Made by a program: the position numbers and the translations under genes | Shown here: positions 16,938-25,767 of the stretch, one piece after another | Layout of the letters: every line of letters starts with the position of its first letter | How positions within the stretch are numbered: position 1 is the first letter of the stretch | The notes under the pieces: model-generated | What the model was told of the DNA's origin: nothing | Seen by the model: only the letters and a program-made list of their open reading frames with translations | Databases searched by the model: none | Sequence record: MZ501107 | Direction: 5' to 3' (one strand) | Source of the DNA: Escherichia phage TheodorHerzl | Length of the DNA stretch: 43,627 bases

Positions 16938-19900
16938 CGATTATCTACGACGTCACGGGCCATAAAGGCGGCGGTGGCAAGCAGCACACCCCACAGGAGA
17001 CGCCTGACAGCCTGCATTCGCTGGCTAAAATCCGCATCTTGCTCGCGCTGGGCGAAGGTGAGTTCGAAGGCATTACCGACCCTAACGAATTACGGCAGCG
17101 CGTATACCTGGACGGAACACCGATCCAGAACGCCGACCGGTCTGAAAACTTCCCAGGCGCGCGCGTGGAGTTCCGCCCAGGCACGCAGCATCAAGACGTG
17201 ATTCACGGATTTTCTGCGGTGGAAAGCGAGCAAACAGTGGGCGTAAAACTGGAAAACGGCACGCCGTGGGTGCGCCAGATTAATGACACCAGTCTTGACG
17301 CCGTGCGCATTCGAATCGGCATTCCGGCCCTATACACTAACGAAGATAATGGCGACCTGGTGGGCGGGCGCATCGACTATAAGATCGTTGTGTATACGGA
17401 TAACGCCGACCCGCGTGAGTTCAGATTCGCCGCCGTTGGTAAAACAATGTCGCTATATGAGCGCGACCACCGCATCGAATTACCGCCGAACGTGAATACC
17501 GGCTGGCGAGTGGAGGTGCACCGCATAACGGCAGACTCCACATCGGCGAAAGTGGTGAACGATATTCAGGTGCAATCCATCACTGAGATTATCGACGCCC
17601 GCCTGCGTTACCCGCTAACCGCGCTGTTGTTTGTGGAGTTCGACGCCAAAGCGTTCCAGAACATCCCGCGCGTGTCCATCAAGTGCAAAGGCCGCAAAGT
17701 TCTAATACCGAACAACTACGACCCGATTAATCATACCTATTCCGGGGACTGGGACGGCACGTTTAAACGCGCATGGACGGATAACCCCGCGTGGCACTGG
17801 TACGATATTTGTATTACTGAGCGCTTCGGCCTCGGTCGGCGTATCAAACCGCAAATGTTAAACCGGTACGCGCTCTACCAGATTGCGCAGCGCTGCGATC
17901 AGTTGGTCAGCGACGGCAACGGTGGTCGAGAAATCCGCTTTAAGAATGATATGTACATTCAGTCACAGACGGATGCCTGGACCGTGCTTAAGGATTTAGC
18001 CGCTATCTTTGCCGGTATGACCTGGTGGGGAAATCAGATGTTGAATATCGTCAGTGACCAGCCGGTCGCAGCGGTATCGCACACCATCACCAACGCCTCG
18101 GTCATTGATGGTCGATTCGACTACGCGTCCGGTAGCCAGAAAACTCGGTATTCCACATTCGCGGTAGCATACGGCAACTCGAAGAACCACTATGAAGATG
18201 CCATTGCTACGGGGCAGCGTGTCGAACTGGTACGCCGCCATAAGATTAACCGTCTGGATATAACGGCGATCGGCTGTACGCGTGAGTCAGAAGCGCAACG
18301 ACGTGGGCACTGGGCGCTAATCTCCAACCAGCTTGACCAGCAAGTTAGCTTTAAGGTTGGCATGGAAGGACTATTCTTTATTCCGGGTAGCGTAGTCGCG
18401 ATCGCCGATACAAACATTTCTGGAGGCTTCGAGACACGCGGCGGTCGCCTGTTGTCGGACCCTGGCACGCGTACCGTGCTTAACACTGACAGCGAAATCA
18501 CATTCCGCCCTGGTGATAAGTTCCTGGTGCGCACCGATAGCGGAAATGTGGAGACTCGCGAGATCGCCAGCGTCAACGGCAACAAGGTTACGCTAAAAAC
18601 CGCACTGGACGCCGACCCGATTCCTGATCAGCCGTTTTGCGTCGATGGCAACGATATCCAGTTGCAGAAGTTCCGCATCACCGACCTGGAATATGACGAC
18701 TCTACCAGCACTTTTTCAGTGCGCGGGATCGAGTACAACGATAGCAAATATGATGCCGTTGATAATGGCGCTCGCCTTGACCCTGGCATCTTTACGCAAG
18801 TGCCTGACGGCGTAATGAAGGGGCCGGAGTCAGTGACCATCACCCCGTCGCAGATTTCATCGCAAGGCCAGCTAATCACCAACGTGGATATTGTATTCCC
18901 GCCGGTGAAGGACGCCGTGGTGTATGAAATCCAGTGGCGACGTACCAGCTTGCAGAATATGGCGATCCAGTGGGGAAACGACTGGGTAAACATCCCCCGC
19001 ACGGCATCGAACGGCGCTCACATCCCTAACGTGTTCTCCGGTAACTACCAGGCACGCGTCCGCGCAATCGGTATGGGCGAGATTTCGTCCCCGTGGGTGT
19101 CGTCCGCTATCACGCCGATCGAAGGTCGTCTCGGCGGGCTTAACGCGCCAATCATCACCAACGCGATTTCGGGCCTCCACCAAATTTTGTGGAAGTGGAA
19201 CCACAACAACGCCGCGACGGATATCTCTTACACCGAGCTTGAAGTCCGCAAGACTGGTGAGACGGAATGGAAGTTCCTAACCAACGTCCCATATCCGGGG
19301 GCGGAGTATGCGCAAACGTCACTGGAGTTCGGCATCTACCAGCAGTTGCGCGCCCGCGTAGCAGATAAAATCGGCAACCTGTCGGACTGGTCGGCCCAGT
19401 TTGAAGGGCAGGTGAGTGACAAAGTTGACGAGTACATGAAGGGGCTTGATGACGAGTTCTTGACTTCCGAGGATGGTAAGCACTTCCAGGAAGCTATTAA
19501 CACGATCCCGCAAGGCATTTATGAGTCAATGCTCACCGACGCCCAGCAGCTATTCAATGCCCGCGCCGAGTATAAAGGGATTTATGCGGAAATCACGGTG
19601 GCGTATAACGTGGCGGCGGATGCCCACAAGGCGGTCGCGCAACTTGAGACGTTGATCGGCACTCGTCTTGACGATGCAGAAGCGTCGATCCACACGTTGC
19701 AGACCGCGCAAAGCACGCATGAACAAGCGTTCGCCCAGTATCAACAAACTGTTGCCGCTAAGTTCGGGGAGCAGGAATCAGCCATCCAGCAGGTACAAAC
19801 GGCAACGGCAGACGTAGCGGGAGCGCTGGCGGAGTACAAGACCCAGGTAGCGACACAGTTCGGTCAGCAGTCCGCCGCGATCGAGCAGAAGATGACGTCT

Positions 19901-20386
19901 TCGTTTAACCATGCTGGTGGTAGCGCCACCTACAGCCTTAAGGCGGGCGTGACGTATAACGGGACTTACTATGATGCCGGTATGCAGCTTTCCGTCGTGA
20001 CGTCGGGCAACGCAGTTAAATCTCGTATTGCGTTCAAGGCCGACCAGTTCTACATTATGCACCCGTCGAATGGGTCGCTTTCGTCCGCGTTTATCGTTGA
20101 CGGCGGTCAGGTGTATATTGACACGGCGCGCATCAAGGACGCGTCCATCAATTTCGCGCAGATCACGGACACGCTGCAATCAAATAACTTCGTTTCGGGG
20201 TCACGCGGCTGGCGTATCCAGAAAGGCGGCGCTGCGGAGTTTAACGAAGTAACGGCCCGCGGCAGGCTGTACGCTAACAGTGGTGAGTTCGCTTTTAACG
20301 GACAAAATAACACCGTGCAGATTAACGGGAATGGGGTTACAGTTAACCTACCCGGAGGGGGAAGGGTTGTATTAGGTGTGTTCTGA
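16934..20386 (+). CDS. host specificity / central tail fibre protein (J-like)
   Basis: 1150 aa with ATGA overlap to the upstream gene. Size and position match lambda J-type tip proteins. Confidence 0.9.
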   Translation: MTIIYDVTGHKGGGGKQHTPQETPDSLHSLAKIRILLALGEGEFEGITDPNELRQRVYLDGTPIQNADRSENFPGARVEFRPGTQHQDVIHGFSAVESEQTVGVKLENGTPWVRQINDTSLDAVRIRIGIPALYTNEDNGDLVGGRIDYKIVVYTDNADPREFRFAAVGKTMSLYERDHRIELPPNVNTGWRVEVHRITADSTSAKVVNDIQVQSITEIIDARLRYPLTALLFVEFDAKAFQNIPRVSIKCKGRKVLIPNNYDPINHTYSGDWDGTFKRAWTDNPAWHWYDICITERFGLGRRIKPQMLNRYALYQIAQRCDQLVSDGNGGREIRFKNDMYIQSQTDAWTVLKDLAAIFAGMTWWGNQMLNIVSDQPVAAVSHTITNASVIDGRFDYASGSQKTRYSTFAVAYGNSKNHYEDAIATGQRVELVRRHKINRLDITAIGCTRESEAQRRGHWALISNQLDQQVSFKVGMEGLFFIPGSVVAIADTNISGGFETRGGRLLSDPGTRTVLNTDSEITFRPGDKFLVRTDSGNVETREIASVNGNKVTLKTALDADPIPDQPFCVDGNDIQLQKFRITDLEYDDSTSTFSVRGIEYNDSKYDAVDNGARLDPGIFTQVPDGVMKGPESVTITPSQISSQGQLITNVDIVFPPVKDAVVYEIQWRRTSLQNMAIQWGNDWVNIPRTASNGAHIPNVFSGNYQARVRAIGMGEISSPWVSSAITPIEGRLGGLNAPIITNAISGLHQILWKWNHNNAATDISYTELEVRKTGETEWKFLTNVPYPGAEYAQTSLEFGIYQQLRARVADKIGNLSDWSAQFEGQVSDKVDEYMKGLDDEFLTSEDGKHFQEAINTIPQGIYESMLTDAQQLFNARAEYKGIYAEITVAYNVAADAHKAVAQLETLIGTRLDDAEASIHTLQTAQSTHEQAFAQYQQTVAAKFGEQESAIQQVQTATADVAGALAEYKTQVATQFGQQSAAIEQKMTSSFNHAGGSATYSLKAGVTYNGTYYDAGMQLSVVTSGNAVKSRIAFKADQFYIMHPSNGSLSSAFIVDGGQVYIDTARIKDASINFAQITDTLQSNNFVSGSRGWRIQKGGAAEFNEVTARGRLYANSGEFAFNGQNNTVQINGNGVTVNLPGGGRVVLGVF

Positions 20387-20390
20387 AATT

Positions 20391-20410
20391 AAAGCCCCGC
20401 AAGGGGCTTT
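20391..20410. terminator. bidirectional terminator hairpin between the J-like gene and the convergent minus-strand cassette
   Basis: AAAGCCCC-GCAA-GGGGCTTT, A/T-flanked on both sides. Confidence 0.65.
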
Positions 20411-21344
20411 AATACATGTTTGGGAGGTACGGCAGCGGAGTTGGTATCGTAACGTCGGGTCTGTTGCCGATTGCGTACCTTACAATCCGGGAGCCAGTTC
20501 CCGACCTTACATATCCGCCACTCATAACTACGCCTTTGTTTCTTAGTTCCTTATATGCTGGTATGGCCCTTGTGTTGAACCCACACCTTAGAATGGGGAA
20601 GTAAGAATCCCCGATATACTGATTGCTTCCTGACAGACTTATAAACCCGGACACAACAAAGGGCCTGGTAACTGTTGAAAGAATACAGGCGCCGTTGCGG
20701 TTAAATATGTTTAACCCCGGTCCCGGAACGGGCGCAACCATCTGGAAAATAACCAAATCCATAGTAACACTTCCGGGGGTGTGCCCTGTATCTTTTGTGT
20801 TTATGTTTGTACAAATCAACCGATTAACTCCGTCGTACTCAACAGAAACACCGGAATTGTCCCACCTGCCGAACGGTATGCCGTAGATGGGGAGGGTGTA
20901 ACTATCATGGAATGATATAGTTTGAGCAAATTTGCAGACAAGCAACCGGTCCGTTGTGGTTATCGATGTAAAATCCGTACTGTCGGCAACGTAGATCCCC
21001 TGGCCTGTCGATGCTCTAAGAACCTCAACTACAGTTCCAGAGAACTGCGTTACGCGGTCGGGATAACCATTCACAGAGCCAATAGATATAGTTCCGCTGG
21101 ATGCTGTTGACGAAAAGCCCTTTATATAATAAGCCTCAACACCCCGGTCCAGTTCGAAGGAGTATGCGCCATTGTTCGGCAGCAGAAACCTTGAAGCCCC
21201 TTCATTACCTTTAATGGGGAATGACTTGCTAAACCCGCCACTTGAAACGTTGAAGTTACCCGCAAAATTCAAGGCACGCATACCCGCGGTGATTGTCATC
21301 GGTTTACGGCCATCCTTAAGATCGATGTAAATACCTTGCGCCAT
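20409..21344 (-). CDS. hypothetical beta-rich Ser/Thr/Gly-rich protein (311 aa), possible receptor-binding or host-range accessory protein
   Basis: Minus-strand ORF against the flow of the tail operon. Its ATG overlaps the stop of the upstream lipoprotein gene (TAATG). Appears lower in GC than its flanks, by eye. No recognisable motif. Confidence 0.6.
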   Translation of the reverse strand: MAQGIYIDLKDGRKPMTITAGMRALNFAGNFNVSSGGFSKSFPIKGNEGASRFLLPNNGAYSFELDRGVEAYYIKGFSSTASSGTISIGSVNGYPDRVTQFSGTVVEVLRASTGQGIYVADSTDFTSITTTDRLLVCKFAQTISFHDSYTLPIYGIPFGRWDNSGVSVEYDGVNRLICTNINTKDTGHTPGSVTMDLVIFQMVAPVPGPGLNIFNRNGACILSTVTRPFVVSGFISLSGSNQYIGDSYFPILRCGFNTRAIPAYKELRNKGVVMSGGYVRSGTGSRIVRYAIGNRPDVTIPTPLPYLPNMY

Positions 21345-21574
21345 TAGTTCCACTCCCGGGAGCCATAATCGCGAACGGAGCCGCCATGCCCTTTAATTCC
21401 GTCATAACGAATATCAACTTCACCCGCCGGAACGACTACACCGCCTTTCCATTTAGCCACACATACGCCGCTTGCTTGCGTAGCGCACCAACCATCCGGA
21501 CGCGGGCCAGAAGAGCAACCAACAGTTATTACTACTACCGCGGCAATGATTGCGGATTTGATTAAAGTTTTCAT
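21344..21574 (-). CDS. small outer-membrane lipoprotein (76 aa), candidate Cor/Llp-like superinfection-exclusion protein
   Basis: RBS GGAGAT upstream. Signal peptide with lipobox [20 protein letters not shown], and a mature part with two more Cys. Position next to the tail fibre genes matches where T1/phi80 cor and T5 llp sit. Confidence 0.55.
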   Translation of the reverse strand: MKTLIKSAIIAAVVVITVGCSSGPRPDGWCATQASGVCVAKWKGGVVVPAGEVDIRYDGIKGHGGSVRDYGSREWN

Positions 21575-21654
21575 GTTATCATCTCCTTTATTTGGTTGAG
21601 TTTTAGTATTACACCGCTCGATCAAGAATGCAACCAATTTAAGAGGATTTAGCT

Positions 21655-23379
21655 ATGGCAGCGGGTACGCTCTCCGTAACGAACAATAGCAAGGCGGTAG
21701 TAGGGGTCGGCACAACGTTCACCGCGTTCAAGGCTGGCGACTTCTTATCGCTGGTGGTAGGGCAAGTGCCTTACACCGTAGCGATCGCATCAATCGAAAG
21801 TAACACGGCGCTTACGCTGGTGCTGCCGTTCGACGGCCCAACGGCAACCGGCCTTGCGTGGGACGGCGTTAAACGCGATACCCTGTCACTGGCAACGATG
21901 GGCGTTACCGTCCAGGCCCAGAAAGCATTGCGCTTGATGATTGCCGACGAAAACAACTGGCGTGCAATCTTCGGCGAAGAAGAAGAAATCTCGGTCACGC
22001 TACCTAACGGTCAAGTGGTGCAGGGTATGTCGTGGGGCTATTTGTCCTCCTTGCTGAAGGAAGTAGACCCCGTTGAGATGCGCAACCTTCAACAACAGGC
22101 CGAGAACGCTCGCAACCAGGCGCAAGGCTACCGTGATGAGGCGGAAGGTTTTAAAAACCAGATTAACCCTGCACTATTCGTGCAGAAGTCCCAAAACCTG
22201 AATGACGTTGCCGATAAAGCTGAGGCGCGCGCTAACTTGCAAGTTTTATTTGCGTCAAACTCTAACCTGGGGTCTACCGACCTCAACACGCTCAACAGCA
22301 CGAAGGAAGGGCGTTATTACCAGACCACATCGGTGAACGCTACACCAGAGCGTAACTACCCGTTTCAGGAAGCCGGTTGTCTTACCGTGTTTAAAACCGG
22401 CGGGGGTAGTGTGGAGGCTTGCATCCAGGAGTACACCACGTTTTCAAGCCTGCGTCGGTTCGTCCGTGCGCTCGCTGGGGCGGTGTGGACGGAGTGGAAG
22501 GAGATCTACCTGCAAGGGTCGTCCCCAACATACGAAAATATCGACTCGACAGGACGAGTTAGATCTGAAAAGGCATATCCGGCGTTCGAGTGGGTGTCGA
22601 CGAGAGTAGACGACGATTTCATCGGTAAGCGAGTCAGCATTGAGAACGACACAGGCGTTAATATGTATATGTTCTTCATGCAGAAAGACACAACCGCAAA
22701 CAGACGTGTCGTAGCGTTCGCAAGGCCAAACTCTACTGTTTTCCACTTCGTAGGATATAACGGCGGGCTACCCACAGACGGCAACAGCGCCCCGTCGGAT
22801 AACATTAACTTTAACACGCAACCGCAAGGATGGCGTATGGTGTCCGGCGGCTGGCAAAATGCACCGCTCGCCGGGAACAACTACGGGACTTTATTCACGC
22901 AGTGTGTGCAAGGTGTGTCGCAGGGGGATTCTAAAAACAGCGGCACTTCTGGCCTATGGTACTCACAGCGATATTTTAATACAGAATCGCGGGCGTTTAT
23001 CCGAAATCAAACAAACAACGCAGACTGGGGCGGGTGGTATGAATTTACTAAAACGGCAGTCTCGGATGAACGCCTGAAGAATGTAAAAGGTAATTTGAAT
23101 GTTGAAGGTGCGCTCGATAACATCAACCGCATGGAATTTAAAATATTCTCGTTTAAGGATGAGAAGGCCGGTAAGGGGTATCGTCGCGGTGTTATCTCGC
23201 AGCAGATTCGCCAGATCGATAAAGAGTACACGAAGGAGATCGGCGGGTACTATCACCTCGACCAGACACCAATGCTACTGGACGCCCTAGCGGCAATTAA
23301 GGCGTTGCGTGCGCGTGACGAGGCTAATAAAGCAGAGATTGCAGAACTGAAGGCGGCTATTGCCGAATTGAAGCAATAA
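21655..23379 (+). CDS. tail fibre protein with C-terminal intramolecular chaperone (S74-like) domain
   Basis: 574 aa with RBS AAGAGGA. The C-terminal ~105 aa begin at the SDERLKN motif and end in a coiled coil, typical of self-cleaving fibre chaperone domains. N-terminus is homologous to the 14202 gene product. Confidence 0.8.
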   Translation: MAAGTLSVTNNSKAVVGVGTTFTAFKAGDFLSLVVGQVPYTVAIASIESNTALTLVLPFDGPTATGLAWDGVKRDTLSLATMGVTVQAQKALRLMIADENNWRAIFGEEEEISVTLPNGQVVQGMSWGYLSSLLKEVDPVEMRNLQQQAENARNQAQGYRDEAEGFKNQINPALFVQKSQNLNDVADKAEARANLQVLFASNSNLGSTDLNTLNSTKEGRYYQTTSVNATPERNYPFQEAGCLTVFKTGGGSVEACIQEYTTFSSLRRFVRALAGAVWTEWKEIYLQGSSPTYENIDSTGRVRSEKAYPAFEWVSTRVDDDFIGKRVSIENDTGVNMYMFFMQKDTTANRRVVAFARPNSTVFHFVGYNGGLPTDGNSAPSDNINFNTQPQGWRMVSGGWQNAPLAGNNYGTLFTQCVQGVSQGDSKNSGTSGLWYSQRYFNTESRAFIRNQTNNADWGGWYEFTKTAVSDERLKNVKGNLNVEGALDNINRMEFKIFSFKDEKAGKGYRRGVISQQIRQIDKEYTKEIGGYYHLDQTPMLLDALAAIKALRARDEANKAEIAELKAAIAELKQ

Positions 23380-23383
23380 ATAG

Positions 23384-23409
23384 AAGGGGCCGTATGGCCC
23401 CTTTTTTAG
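23384..23409. terminator. terminator between the convergent tail fibre gene and the minus-strand early operon
   Basis: AAGGGGCC-GTAT-GGCCCC followed by six T. Confidence 0.75.
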
Positions 23410-23981
23410 TTTAAGTTTTCCCAGTCCATTTTGCGCCGCACTAGCGGGCTTTCGTAATACTCCTTCCCATCCACTTCCACTAAGGGCCAGTCATTAACAA
23501 TGACGTAAGGCTCTGCGATATCCTCGATCACGCCGTGCGCGCTATGTTGTCCGAAATCTACGCCCACCAGGATAACACCGGCAACGCGACGCGTGAGATA
23601 CTCGCGAGCGCAACGGGCCTCGACCAGTCCTCGACGTATGCCGCTGGTGGCCTTAACCTCGTAGGTCCAGACGGCATCGATCACATGTTCGCGGAAGTCG
23701 GGACCGGATTTTACCTTGCGCTTGCCGACCATGATAATATCGCCGCGGTCGATAGTGTTAGCGCTAAACAGGCCGGTACGCATTAGTAAGCCTTGCGGGA
23801 TACAGCTACGCCCACCCGTCTGCCCTTCGAGGTACATGCCTGCAAACATTTCGCCCAGCACACCGACGAGTCTGCTTTGCTTGCACGCGTCGGACTTATA
23901 CCGCCACTGGTCAAACTCGATGCTTGCGATCATTGCCGCCAGGTGGAATTGTTTACCTGATATTTCATATTCGCCGTACAT
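23406..23981 (-). CDS. hypothetical protein, possible PD-(D/E)XK-fold nuclease
   Basis: 191 aa with RBS GGGGGA. The stretch GPDF...DAVWTYEVKAT has PD...ExK-like spacing. Weak assignment. Confidence 0.45.
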   Translation of the reverse strand: MYGEYEISGKQFHLAAMIASIEFDQWRYKSDACKQSRLVGVLGEMFAGMYLEGQTGGRSCIPQGLLMRTGLFSANTIDRGDIIMVGKRKVKSGPDFREHVIDAVWTYEVKATSGIRRGLVEARCAREYLTRRVAGVILVGVDFGQHSAHGVIEDIAEPYVIVNDWPLVEVDGKEYYESPLVRRKMDWENLN

Positions 23982-24023
23982 TGTGAATCCCCCATTGCCG
24001 CGGGCCGAAGCCCGCGATTAGAA

Positions 24024-24545
24024 TTATTTCAGTGCGCCAGTCACCAGTGTTTTTTCCATGTTGCGGAAGTCTTCCGGCGTCATGAGGATTTTGGACCCAT
24101 CCTCGCCAGTGAGCACGACAATAGGCTGGACGTCCTGGGCTACGACGCCGAAATCGGCGGCTTTGACAGTCTTGCCCGCAGATGCCGAAGGACGCCACGT
24201 TCCGCCGGAGGCGATGGGCCAACCTTTGAGGCTGTCGAATTGTGCTGCCGTTGTATCGATCTGAATCTCGTCATGCACGGTCATGTAAGACTCACCCAGC
24301 AGGGCGGCATACGCCACCAGATCCACGATGTTATCTTCCTGGTGCTTTCGGTGCTGACGTACCAGCTTCAGGCAGATCAGGAAGGTCCAGGCTTCTTGCT
24401 CGGACAGGTCGCGACCGGTAAGCGCGTTAAACACGGCGGCGATTTGTTTAGCGCTGCGTTCTTCTTTCGCGTTGTCATAGCCGTTTTCTTTCCCTCGCTG
24501 CTCCATAGTGGTGGCGGCGTTTTTGCAGTATTCGTATGCTTTCAC
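24024..24545 (-). CDS. hypothetical protein
   Basis: 173 aa with GTG start, preceded by a TTGCAA-N18-TATAGT promoter. Confidence 0.55.
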   Translation of the reverse strand: MKAYEYCKNAATTMEQRGKENGYDNAKEERSAKQIAAVFNALTGRDLSEQEAWTFLICLKLVRQHRKHQEDNIVDLVAYAALLGESYMTVHDEIQIDTTAAQFDSLKGWPIASGGTWRPSASAGKTVKAADFGVVAQDVQPIVVLTGEDGSKILMTPEDFRNMEKTLVTGALK

Positions 24546-24592
24546 AGTATTACCCTTTTTAGTGAGGGGGCTGTATTGCCCCCGACGAGTTA

Positions 24593-24622
24593 ACTATAAT
24601 GCAACCAACCTATTGGTTGCAA
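24593..24622 (-). promoter_or_regulatory. sigma70-like promoter containing a palindromic ATTGGTTGCA pair
   Basis: Minus strand reads TTGCAA, then the 18-nt spacer CCAATAGGTTGGTTGCAT, then TATAGT. The 8-4-8 palindrome GCAACCAA-nnnn-TTGGTTGC overlaps the 3-prime end of the HAD gene. Coordinates approximate. Confidence 0.55.
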
Positions 24623-25080
24623 GTGAATTTTGCAACGTTTATTGCGTAAATTTTCGGAACCAAATCACCACACGCCCGACGAATTGCCGCGATGTTCTTC
24701 TCGCAATCTTCAATGATGACCAGTTCCGACACGTCTGCGTAGCAGACCATTTTGAACACGGCGCACGCCTTAAACTCTGGCGGCGGTGTGTCGTCCAGCA
24801 TGTGGCGCATAAACAACCGGCCCACCGGGAAGACCTTCAATTGCTCGGCGGTGGTGTCCCAACATTCTCGCTGCCGGTTTGTCAGATACGCTATCTCGAA
24901 GCCTTGCTCTTTGTACATGCGCAGCAGCGGCAGCATATCCATGTTCAGATCTTCGCGGACGTGCGCTTTGTGCCACTTTGCCCAAAAGGTGGATTTCGTT
25001 TTTATCCCTGGCACCAGGTCGGCACGCGCATCGCTTGAACCGTTAATAACGCCATCCAGGTCACAAATCAGTAATTTCAT
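24610..25080 (-). CDS. HAD-superfamily phosphatase (possible 5-prime-deoxynucleotidase)
   Basis: 156 aa. The N-terminal MKLLICDLDGVI matches HAD motif I (DxDG). Confidence 0.65.
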   Translation of the reverse strand: MKLLICDLDGVINGSSDARADLVPGIKTKSTFWAKWHKAHVREDLNMDMLPLLRMYKEQGFEIAYLTNRQRECWDTTAEQLKVFPVGRLFMRHMLDDTPPPEFKACAVFKMVCYADVSELVIIEDCEKNIAAIRRACGDLVPKIYAINVAKFTCNQ

Positions 25081-25310
25081 TTTAAACTCTCAATAAGGGT
25101 CTGTCGGGCGCTTCGCGCAGTAAAGGAGTTGCACACGAAATGGCAACGCTGAGTCATGACAAGCCAACCGGTGAGGTCAAGGCCCATGATGCGTCCGGGA
25201 TGAGACGCGCGCACCACATGATTGCGCCGCGGGTCAATGCCGTAGTCTTTTTGCATTTGGTCTACGACCGCAGGGTCGCGGTCAACGATTAAGATATTCA
25301 TGTAGCTCAC
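25077..25310 (-). CDS. hypothetical protein
   Basis: 77 aa ORF with ATGA overlap to the downstream gene; co-oriented within the operon. Confidence 0.4.
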   Translation of the reverse strand: MSYMNILIVDRDPAVVDQMQKDYGIDPRRNHVVRASHPGRIMGLDLTGWLVMTQRCHFVCNSFTARSARQTLIESLK

Positions 25311-25767
25311 TCTCGCTCATTATTTCAATTTGTGCGCTGCCGGTGGGCGGCGCTTCGTCAAAGATTATCAATTGCTGGCACTTGTTATTGCTCGGCCCGA
25401 CTTCGCCGGTTACAGCATGTATAAATCGGATCCGCCAGTCCAGAAGAATTATCAGGTTTGCAGTCTTCCGGGCCATCTTTGCCCACTTCGTCGACGTGTC
25501 CTGATTCAGTAGCATGACAGTCCGGCGACCGTGCGCTGCGCATTCCACCCACGGCAGCGGATCGGAATACGGCGGATTGCACCACTTCCACCCTTTCAAC
25601 TCTGCCCAGTCCACATCAAGCGCGCTGTGCTCTGCCGTGAAGTAACGCGGTAGCAGATGATTGGCGTCGCTTGCCGCCATATCGTAACGGAATCGATACT
25701 TCCGACGAAGCGGTTTAAATAAAGCTGGCGGCGTGCGCCAGCTATCTTTTTGCTCATTCTTCTGCAT
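25282..25767 (-). CDS. DNA N6-adenine methyltransferase (phage Dam-type)
   Basis: 161 aa. WRTPPALFKPL...YDMAASDANHLLPRYFTAE...WKWCNPPYSD carries the NPPY catalytic motif and a phage-Dam-like N-terminus. Confidence 0.8.
   Translation of the reverse strand: MQKNEQKDSWRTPPALFKPLRRKYRFRYDMAASDANHLLPRYFTAEHSALDVDWAELKGWKWCNPPYSDPLPWVECAAHGRRTVMLLNQDTSTKWAKMARKTANLIILLDWRIRFIHAVTGEVGPSNNKCQQLIIFDEAPPTGSAQIEIMSESELHEYLNR

Noticed and set aside
24000-24017. Hairpin GCGGGC-CGAA-GCCCGC between two early genes
   Set aside because: A stable stem, but with no T-run on the transcribed (minus) strand, so it is not a canonical terminator. It could be an RNA-processing or stability element, but there is no further evidence.
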